This document shows positions 54,101 through 64,000 of a stretch of 64,000 nt of DNA, in pieces. The stretch is from Tubiluchus corallicola. Its lineage: Eukaryota; Animalia; Priapulida. A program made the translations under genes and the position numbers. The stretch is taken from the NCBI GenBank assembly GCA_030141605.1, contig JAQGDQ010000067.1, positions 124,001 through 188,000 on the forward strand, given 5' to 3'. Position 1 is the stretch's first letter, and each line of letters begins with the position of its first letter. Below the pieces are notes generated by a model, which was not told the DNA's origin, ran no database searches, and saw only the letters and a program-made list of their open reading frames with translations.

Positions 54101-57100
54101 GAACGTATAGACCACCCTGTAATGCATATCCATGGTCACAGCAAAGGGAAGAATTGATTCCTCAAATCGCAACTTGACCATGGCCAACTCGACCGTGAGA
54201 TACTGATGAACAGTACTGATTATCTCATAACTGTTGACTATTATTCTAACTTCTTTGAAATAGACAAGCTTGAATCAAAAGAAGCTAGAACTGTCATAAC
54301 AAAGCTGAAAGCACATTTTTTCTCAACATGGAATACTAGAAGTACTCCATTCTGATAATGTACCATTTAATTCTCAAGAGTTTAAAACTTTTGCTAAAGT
54401 TTATGGCTTCCAGCATCAAACTTCTTCACCGAGGTATCCAAAATCAAATGGCAAAGTTGAGAATGCTGTCAATACTGCTAAGTGTTTAATAAAGAAGCAC
54501 TATAATTGCAAAAGAAGACCCATACTTGTCTCTATTGGCTTATAGAAATACACCAACAGGTCTTAATTCATCACCAGCTCAACGATTGTTTGGAAGACGG
54601 ACATGAACTACTCTACCAATGCCATCTTCCTTGTTAGAACCAAAACTTGTGCCAGATTCTAGAAAGAAAATCATTGCTCAGAAAGATCGCCAAGCTACAA
54701 ACTACCAACAGGTGAAACCTTTGATTCAATTAATAGTAGGGGGGATGTTGTACGTATGGACCCTCTTCAAAAAAAGGGAAGATGGGAGAAAGCTATATTG
54801 ATACAGAATATTGGTGAAAGCTCTTATCTTACAAAAACTGAAAGTGGAACTGTGTACAGAAGAAACAGAGTTCATCCACACAAGACATCTGAGATTTATA
54901 TAGATGAATTTGTATACTGCCCATACGTCAACATGAGACAGAAACAAGACGTGATACCAGACCAACTTAACGGTAACAGACAGAGGAATGATAACGAGAT
55001 TAGAACACCTTCTGGTAGGCGAATTCACAGACCAAAGTTTCTTAATGATTATGTTACGTAGTTTGAGTATTGATGACCTTGATGTTGACCTTTAATTTTG
55101 TGACCTTGATATCTGCTTACATTGATGTTTTTCAGTTTAGTTGGTCTACGTTACTTACTTTTAAAATGAAGAGGATGTGACGTGTTCTTATCTGTGGCTA
55201 ATATTTTTAATGTTTGTGCTTACTAAGATTTCCCTTATTATTTAAGCGGGCTCACCACGAGGTAGAAGTTATGTAATGTGGGATTTGCTTTATTCATATT
55301 GTTATCTAAACTGATGCTCATTTAATAAACGTTCGTTTTAGTATTCACTAATTCATCAACTGTTGTGGCTGTAACTTGCGGATGTTACAAAGTATGCTAA
55401 TGTTAATCAAGTGAAATTCGAGATTCGGATGATGAAAACTGTTATTACATGTTTGTAATACAAGATCGCCTGAAAACAAACATGATAACTGTCAATGCAG
55501 ATGGTGTAGACATGGAGGCAGTGGAGGACTCTGGTGCTACTTGCAATCTTATTGATGTAAAGACATGGGAAAACTTAACGCGAAATAAAATGCAAATCAT
55601 CCGTGGCTTCCTCTGGAAGAAAGCTGTATGCCTATGCTTCAAAGGTGTCTCTGTCAATTAAAGGCACGTTCACATGTGAAGTTCAAACTGATCAACAATG
55701 GACTGATGCTGAGTTTGTTGTAATCCTGGTGAAGGTGTCCCATTGTTGGGTAAGGAAACTGCAACAAAATTGGGAGTAATGAAAATTGGCACCGAAATTG
55801 CTGCTGTGAGTAGTGAGAAATTAACACTTAACATTTTGAAAAAGAAATTCCCAGAAGTGTTTCAATGTGTTGGCAAGTTCTGAAACCAGACAGGTAGAGT
55901 TGCACATTGATGAAACAGTGACACCTGTAGCACAGCCGTTAATGAGAACTCCCTTCAGTTTAAGGGGTAAAGTTAAGGAGAAAATCCAGGAACTTTTAAT
56001 TCTAGACATCATTGAACCGATAGCTGGTCCTGGGTCAACCCTGAAGTAGTGGCACCAAAGGACAAAGGTGACATGCGGTTATGTGTTGATATGCGCTGTG
56101 CAAATGAGGCAATTGTCAGAGGACGTCATCCGATTCCAACAGTTGATGAAGTACTGCAAAAAATAAATGGTTCAAAGGTATTTAGCAAACTAGACCTAAA
56201 ATGGGGCTATCACCAACTTGAATTATCTGAAAAATCACGTGAGATAACAACCTTTGTGGTACATTCAGGACTATATTATCGGTACAAACGACTTCTGTTT
56301 GGGGTCAATTCTGCAAGCAAACAGTACCAGTATATGATAAGTTCTGCCCTGGCAAGACTCAGGTGTGTACAAAATATTTCTGAAGACATAGCTGTACATA
56401 GTCCAGATGAAAACACAGACAATGCACGATTGTTGGTTGTCATGCAGAGATTGTCTGAAATTGGCTATTTTTCATGGGGATACTTCTGTCTGAGAAAGGT
56501 ATAGGTCCAATTGAAGAGCGAGTAAGAGCCATCGTAGTTGCACGAGAGTCAGAAACTGCATTGGAAGTTCGTAGCTTTTTAGGACTCTTTGAATTTAGTA
56601 GCTGATATATCCCAGATTTCGCCACTATAACGGAGCCGCTTCACAAGCTAACTCGAAAAGGAGAACCATTTAAATTTGGACCAGAATAGAAGGAAGTATT
56701 CAAGTTACTGAAACAAAATTTGGCAAAAGCTGCTACATTGGCTTCTTGTGATAAAGATGCACCAATTAAAGTGATAGCTGATGTAGGGCGATTGGTCTTG
56801 GAGCTGTAGTGATTCAAGATAAAGATGGTGAAATGCAACCAGTCTGCTATGCAAGTCGTAATTTGGCAGCATGTGAGAGGAGATACTCGCAAACTGAGAA
56901 AGAGGCTTTAGCACTGGTTTGGGCATATGAACAATTTCATGCATACGTTAACTGACCATAAAATTTTGCAAACTATTTACGGACCTAGATCAAAACCATG
57001 TGCACAGATAGAATGTTGGGTACTATGATTGCAACCTCTTGATTATAAAGTAGTTTACTTGCCAGGACAACAAAACATTGCTGATCTACTATCGCATCTT

Positions 57101-57423
57101 TTAAAAGTAGAGGACACCAACAATCATGAACATGGTGCAGAGGAGTATGTACAGTTCATTGCAGTTAAAGCAACACTTAATGCATTGACAGCTAAGGAAG
57201 TGGAACAATTGTCAGGTTCTGATGAAGAGCTTCAGTGTGTTAGAAATGCTATAAAAACTGACAAATTTGAAATCTGTAAAAACTATGCTTCCATAGTGGG
57301 AGAATTGTGCATAGTTGGACAATTAGTCTTACGGGGAACACGTATCATTCTGCCTATTATGTTGAGAATGCAGGCTTTGAGTCTGGCACATGAAGGGCAC
57401 TTGAAAATTGTTGGCACTAAATA
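51184..57423 (+). mobile_element. Degenerate Ty3/Gypsy LTR retrotransposon (host element), 3'-truncated, interrupted by a second Gypsy
   Basis: Putative LTR 51184-51343, PBS TGGCGACGAG at 51345, gag from 51393 with zinc knuckles (CFRCGSLDH..C, CKKCGSRDHFAKVC). After the insert: protease (EDSGATCN), RT (RLCVDMR, FSKLDLKWGYHQ), RNase H and start of integrase (AHEGH). Ends near (TA)n. Confidence 0.88.
52212..55389 (+). mobile_element. Nested Ty3/Gypsy element with both LTRs, lacking RT/RNase H
   Basis: LTRs 52212-52427 and 55176-55389 (TG..CA, roughly 90% identical by eye); 5-bp TSD AAGTA on both sides; tRNA-iMet-like PBS TGGTAGTACGGATGG; PPT AAAATGAAGAGGA; gag, protease, then integrase (TVDYYSNFFEI, YPKSNGKVENAV). 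Confidence 0.95.
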
Positions 57424-57457
57424 ATAGAACCACAGTTGTTAAACATTTGCACCTTAC

Positions 57458-57458
<1 letters not shown>

Positions 57459-57506
<48 letters not shown>
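57459..57506. repeat. (TA)n microsatellite
   Basis: Seen directly. Confidence 0.95.
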
Positions 57507-57510
<4 letters not shown>

Positions 57511-57754
57511 TCTATTAACGGAGGGTGTTGGTAAACTATACCTATTAGCAACCGTTGCAGTATATTCTACCAAGAAAAGAGTACATTAACGTATAGACGG
57601 ACAAGATATTTACCCGTTAACAATGCCATTTAATCATTTGCTTAATCACTTATTTACAATCCTCAATAAGCACGTTAAAAGTCATTGTTTTACCAGCATA
57701 ATAAGAAAATTAATCAGTTGTTTCTGTGTAGAAGAACAGATAGTTAGTTCAAGC

Positions 57755-57839
57755 AAAATAGTTCATGTTCTAGTTTATGTAGATAACCCATGCATACAAA
57801 ATAGTTCATGTTCTAGTTTATGTAGATAACCCATGCATA
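57755..57839. repeat. Tandem duplication of ~42 bp
   Basis: AAAATAGTTCATGTTCTAGTTTATGTAGATAACCCATGCATA occurs twice. Confidence 0.9.
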
Positions 57840-59477
57840 AAAGACAATGTGGCATGTTTGAACATTATTGATTGTAATACATATTTCCATGTCAGTAATA
57901 GTGCAGCTGTTTGGTATTACACCCACAGTCACAGAAAAAACAACATCGTAATTAGTTTGTTTTAAATTTGTCTTAGTTGTTGTTGCTGTTGCTGCTGCTG
58001 CTGCTCGAACGTTCAATGCTCACCTGTAATATTAACCAGACAGGTATTTCCTTTCAGGCAGTAGGGTTGACCGGAATAGTTCATGGATCTGTAGTTGTAG
58101 ACGTTCTGTAGCTGTGACCGAGGTCAATAATACGTGATTTACACGTGATTACATTAGTGATTTACACGTGATTACACGTAATACATGATTGAACATTAGT
58201 GATTTACATCCTTTCTTGTATCTATGACTGGTGTTTGTCATATAATATCATGCTGCTTGCTAACAGTGTTTACCAATTATTTTATGTAACAGTGCATTAC
58301 TCTTCTCGAATTTAGCTGTTAAGTGGAATTTTTGCAAATCTTTTGTCCATTTTTGTGGCTAACACTATGGGGTAAGTAGCTTATAGCCAAAGCAGTCATG
58401 CCCAAATGCCACAGTGAATCATTGGGGTCCATCCCAGCTTAATGTAGGTGGCTATTAATGTTATCATTGTATTATTGGTTTATGTCGGGGAAAATTATTT
58501 GATGAATACTCCTCTCTTGTGGTTACCTTCATTTTTTGTGAATAAATACTTGAACTGTCACTACTTGATTGGGTCTTTGTCAGTAGTGTGGGTTAGAAGC
58601 ATGCCAGCAACAAACTACATCCGAAGTAAAACTAGTTTGCTCACACTAGTTTGCATTCAAACAAATTGTTAAATCATTTTGTGAAAATCACTGCATCAAA
58701 TAAACACACACAAAACAGAAGAAAACCAGTGAAATGAATATGTACTGAACTAGTTACAGTGTAGAGCTTTAATGTTCCCAGGATGTGAACATTGTTTTTA
58801 TGAATGTATCTTATGTCAGCCTAAAGTGATTTGTGAAACTTAAGACTAACAAATTAACATTTTTACACGGCATTATCAGGTATTTTAAATTTTTGTTATC
58901 TTTATTAACCATAGACAACATTAACTTCACGTTTTGGTACACCTTATGCAAAATATTTCAAAAGAGCAATTTGAAGAAAGTTTATTTTGCTCTGTTTTTG
59001 TTTATGATTGTAAAACTTGGTCAATTTGTTTTATAATCACAAACAGTGCAAAGTGTTACTGAAATGCTTTCATAAAAGACCTTTTAATTATAATTGATAT
59101 CTTTTTCATTGAAGTATTTACTACTGAATTTTAATGTGGTTTGTTTAATGTGTGCGTGAGATGAAATGCTGCAGCAAGACCTTAACTCTTTCAAGTACCA
59201 TTATTTCTTAAAGATAAGATTTGTACAAAATCTGGTGCACATTAACCAAAATGCTAGAAGGGCACCATCCACTGTGGAGTCTTCTATACTTTGCTGTAGC
59301 AAATTTTGATAGTAAATTAGCACTCACATTGAATACCATCCTTTTGTTGTGCCTTAGCTTCCCCTTTCCTATCTTTCTCTTCCCTTCCCTACCTGTGCTC
59401 TTCCCATCTCTGAGTTTCCAGTATTTGAACTAATTGTTCTTTCTTTGATTAAAATGAAGGAATTGTGTTATTTTCAG

Positions 59478-59591
59478 ACTTTCTTTCCGGCACTCATCTA
59501 CTTGGTTCTAGTCATCCAACCAACAGGCTTTTTGCAGAAGGCTTTAGCAGAAGTGGGAAGCAGAATCAGTCGAGAAGACTACAAGTATCGG
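59478..59591 (+). CDS. MCF2L: MCF2L/Dbs-like SEC14 exon, TFFPALIYLVLVIQPTGFLQKALAEVGSRISREDYKYR
   Basis: ttttcag| ... |gtttgt, 114 nt, phase 0-0; matches FPANLQLVLVLRPTGFFQ of MCF2L. The donor is weak but in phase. Confidence 0.9.
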
Positions 59592-60772
59592 GTTTGTACA
59601 GAAACAGTGGTTTAGAGGATACCTTAGCATTAGCAATAAACACATCAAAATGTGCTTTATTGCTCTCTAAAAGAAATAAATAAATATATAGAGCAGTTTT
59701 TAAGTTAACGGACTTACTAGCAGGCAACTGAAAATGCTCATCCTATCACCCTATTTTTTTAACCCCTCGAACTCCTCAGGATCAACGTAAACTGATGCGA
59801 TCATAAAGTCACAAGTATTACTATGTCGCATGTACAGGGTTGAATAGTAGCCTATTTAACTGTTCATCTTCATAGCACCCCCTGAATAGTAATTGTAATG
59901 TGCCTGGTGATTAGGTGAACTGGACGCTCTTGTGGACTTACTAGATTATCTGAAAATTTTAATAAAAAGTTGACTTACTAATTTTTTTAGTTTGCCAATT
60001 ATTCACCTAATAAGTTTTAGATCACCAAATCTTTTGGTGATGAGATGCATCGTAGTGTTAGTAATCCCCTGACATCAATTTGCCTTTTGCCAAATGGATT
60101 TTGCTAGTTTTTTTGTGAAAACAGAAGAGTGCTCAGTCATCTTCATTGTAAGAATACTTTCACAACCACTGTAAGCTCTGCAAATATAAACTGGTTGATG
60201 TTATATCTCTAAAACTAAGTTTAATTATCTTATACAAACTTGATCAGATGTCTATAGAATTCACAATGAACAGTCCTTTGTTGGTCCATTGTTGCACTTG
60301 TGAATGAGCTTCAAATAATTTACATATAACAGATTGTTCAGAGCCGTGGACCTCATTATTGAAATTTACTTCCATCTGAAATTTAGTTGTGCAGTCATTT
60401 TGAAAAATTTAGATCCCTGCTCAAGACGATGTGTGTACTTTTATGAGTGGCCTTCACCAAATGCTTGGTTCATTGTATTATTTTTATTGCCATGTATTTT
60501 ATTCTAAAATCTTACCTTTTCTGTATATTTTTTATATAAACTATTGTACAGCATTTTAGAACACGTGAAATTTTAACGCTCTGTAAAACCTAATAAATTT
60601 AAACTTGAACAATTAACAGCATTTTTGTTTATAAAAACCCAAGTAAATGATAGACATTCACTTGATCAAATTCCTTTAAAAGTGTGACACAACCACAAGG
60701 TCAAACTGTAGTGAACTCATCAAATTTTGTATTTATAGTGTTTATAACTTACATATATTTTATTTCTTACAG

Positions 60773-60889
60773 GTTATAATTTGCAATAATATAGAAGAAC
60801 TTTATGAACATATAGACAAAGATCAACTAACTCCTGATTTAGGTGGAAACATTGTGTATAACCACGTCTTATGGATAGAACACAGATAC
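60773..60889 (+). CDS. MCF2L: MCF2L/Dbs-like SEC14 exon, VIICNNIEELYEHIDKDQLTPDLGGNIVYNHVLWIEHRY
   Basis: cttacag| ... |gtaagt, 117 nt, phase 0-0; IDKxQLTxDLGG..Y.H..W closes the SEC14 domain. Spectrin, DH and PH exons are expected downstream, outside the window. Confidence 0.95.
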
Positions 60890-62699
60890 GTAAGTAAAAA
60901 GTACAAAATTTTACTGATTTTCTACTGTGTGTTCAGTGTATGCAGAAGTCCTTTTTTCATCTATCTTTGAAGTAGTTGTAGATGAAAGGCAGATTATCAG
61001 AAAATATAAATACATGTCGTGTATTGACATGTCTACTTTTCCAGAGTCTGCTTTAGGTATGAAACAATGTTTGTCAATTATACTACATCTTTGGTACTGG
61101 GGTATTTCTTACAATATTAATTTTTTTAGTACAGCATTAACTGAGGTATTCATTATGCATTATGCAATAATATTGTAATGCAATAACAGTATACAATAAT
61201 AATGTAATTTATTCTCCTTGCTTAACCATTAATTGTTTAATTTGCAGATCTCTTCAGATTGGTCAGGTTTACATTTGTGTGCTTACAAACAAGAACTGTC
61301 CATAGATCGGCATGGTTAAAACTACGTTATAATGCTTCAGAGTAGAATGCACCAAAAATTGGGTCAAATGCCAGTTTTTTTATAAAACAAATGCTAAATA
61401 TATTGGACTTTTGTATTCTAGCATCAAATTATCAATATAATGTTCAAAAAATCCTAAAATTCTAATTTTATAACCCTGTACCCACTTCTCTGGCTAAAAA
61501 CTAGTACTGCAATTGTAAAAAACATGTATTTTCAAACTCCGATAGTACTTTGTAGAAGCAGTCATTTTGCTTCGGGTTTTTTCTCTTGCCAGTTAGTAAC
61601 AGCCATCTACTGGATTTAACCATAACTTTAACGTGTTCTTGTAAAGTCTGTAGTAACCAATATGTGTGAGGTTACTTAATGTTTCGTAGAAACACGACAA
61701 AAAACAATGGTTAACTTTAACAGCGTTTTTCTCAAGGTTGTGTTTTTCAGCGCATAGCCTGCACTTCAACTTCAACGTTGAATATCTCAGCTTAGGAATA
61801 ATATAGAGCGATAAGTTTGGTATCAAAATGATTCTCATAAAGTGGAGATTCAGGATATGCAAGCATACATTTAATTTTTAATATCAACTAACAATTGTAG
61901 AGTCTCTTTGGCACATCTGAAGTTACAAAAATAGCTAGCTTGGTATTCAATGAAAACAGTGCTTCTATTTTAAGCAGTGACCTGTTAGACTCTACACTCT
62001 ATAAGCTCCCTATACATGCTAACAACACTATTCTGCATAGCTCCTACCCCTGGACAACACCCAAATAGGATCAGTTTGAAAGAGATTTTAAATTGAGGTC
62101 GAAATTGGTTTGTCGCATTATTGCAAAGACAACAAAAGTTTTTTCTCCATTGTAATATTGCATTGCCTACAATAAATTAAGTGTATCTACTCAATGCACT
62201 TCTTGGCCAGTCTTAAGTTAACTTACTTGGACTTATGCCAACTCAGCAGTGTCACTTGTGTCTCTTGCTACATTAATCCTCTTATATAAATCTGTATTTT
62301 AATAAAAGCATCCTAAAAGATGCTTTCCAGAGCCCCTCGTCATGCATTCCCAGATGCAGACACTTTGCTTGGAGTATTCGTTTCATTATTGCTTCTCAGG
62401 TTTTACCCTCCAATTAAAATGCAGAGCAGCTTCTTATAAATTCAGATATCTCCTATCTCTTGCAAATTCGTTACAGCAATCCTATTTTCATGTATTGCCT
62501 TTTCTGCTCTAGCCTTTACCTCGAATGACCACTGACCTTACTTTGGCAATGTCAATTTCTATATAAAAGACTAAACGGTCACCCATACCAGAGAATGAAA
62601 TAACTGATAGCGCTTAAATGAGAAGCGACAGTAAACACTAAAACATGTCACATTCTTAATGTGGTGCCAATCGGCAGCCATTTATGCAGAAGATGGATG

Positions 62700-64000
62700 T
62701 GTAGGATGTAGTATTAGAAAAACAGCAACAGAAAAACAGAAACAAACAGTTCAAGTTAGAATTTAAAGATCCTGGTATAAAGATAACATGGATAGCATTA
62801 ACCTCTAAAACATTCTGTTGCCATCACATGACTTGCTTGGACATATTTACATCTGCCACAGCACTCTTTGGCTGTCAGCAATATCTAATAAGTTGTTCAC
62901 ATGCTTTAGAACTTAATGTCTTAACTCCTTACCCGTATGATCTAGGTGATGTATGACTACTAACAGTTGTTGTTGGAATACCTTCACTGTCCTTACGGGA
63001 AACTGATACTTTCATTCTCACTGGATCTCTTGAATATAAGGTTTGAAAATCGTGACCTACCTTCTTATCATGATAGTATCTCTGTTTCTCCTTATTTTCC
63101 ATGAGAAGTTGTTTGACCTTCTCTAAGTCATATGCTTGTGGTTTAAGGATGTCTGTCGCAACTGGAATTTTGTTCCATGGTCTACGGCATATACTTAGTT
63201 GTGCTGGTGACATATTACAGCTTTCTAATGTTCAAGCAAAGCTAAATTTCTGTCTCAATTCTTGAACCATAGTCTTTTGCCCACTGGTATGGCTTGCTCA
63301 GCCTCACCATTTGACTTTGCAAAATGAGGAGATGAAATCTGATTTTGTATTTTCCAGTCTTCACAAAAACTTTCAAACCTTCTTGACGAAAACTGAGGTC
63401 CATTGTCTGTTCTCGATTTCTCCACTTCACCATGTCAACTTAGTTGTGACTTCAGAACTTCAATAGTAACATACCTACTCAAGTCTGGCACTTTTGTCCA
63501 CCTCGATGAATTTGCTGAAATAATCGGTCGTCACTACAAAATGTTCAGCTTCGAACTCAAGATCACTTGCAGCCTCACCTCATGGCATGTCTGGTATTTT
63601 TGGTGGTCTTAATACCTATTTGAAGTCTCAAACAATGATATCGCCCAACTGGAGTATTAAAAGCCTTCCCCCATTTAAAGATTTCCCCATTTCTTCTAGC
63701 TTAGCGGCTATTCTTTTAAAAGCTACTGGCTGTTTTCTAGGACCATGAACTACTGGCGGCACAGTTGGATCAATTTTAATTGAATACATACCCGGCAATT
63801 CACCAGTAATATTTCTCAGTTCAGGATATGCATCTTTTAATTCCGTAGTTTTACTATGATTGCTGGATGAGACCTAGTTGTTTGCTAACTTCTCCAGATA
63901 GTAATTGACACTGTCCTGATTTCACTATAAAATATTCAACGTTAACACACTTTCCTTTGGTAGACTCACGCTATCTGTGATCTCAATACTCTGGTGAGTA
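62700..64000 (-). mobile_element. Degenerate Gypsy pol remnant running out of the window
   Basis: IDPTVPPVVHGPRKQP (pre-RT), then TTDYFSKFIEVD, SNGEAEQA and SPAQL (integrase). Confidence 0.8.

Noticed and set aside
59465-59683. 72-aa ORF MLFSDFLSG..
   Set aside because: Wrong frame; the real exon is 59478-59591.
1-64000. Most 60-130 aa ORFs in the supplied track as real genes
   Set aside because: Eukaryotic intronic or intergenic DNA; they are random, antisense to TEs, or fragments of decayed TE ORFs.

Overview
AT-rich animal (probably invertebrate) nuclear DNA, not prokaryotic; most ORFs in the supplied track are spurious or transposon debris. The one host gene I can support is on the + strand: the 5' part of a Dbs/MCF2L-like RhoGEF. 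Six GT-AG exons (29367-60889) splice in phase into an N-terminal peptide plus an essentially complete SEC14/CRAL-TRIO domain, and the gene continues past the window. The rest is dense, nested transposon sequence: a full-length but frameshifted P-superfamily THAP transposon (63-bp TIRs, 8-bp TSD), several Ty3/Gypsy elements (one nested in another, one with a clean 2.5-kb internal inversion, two lacking RT/RNase H), a solo LTR, hAT MITEs, many LINE remnants, a Helentron-like tandem-repeat family, and a Penelope-like element whose inverted pseudo-LTRs carry a variant hammerhead ribozyme. I found no clearly new multi-gene system. The best leads are the U3:A8 hammerhead pair, an antisense LINE that appears to supply the branch point of a conserved exon, a cluster of RFX X-box-like motifs, and the reconstructable Gypsy inversion. 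All family assignments come from motif recognition by eye; no database search was run.
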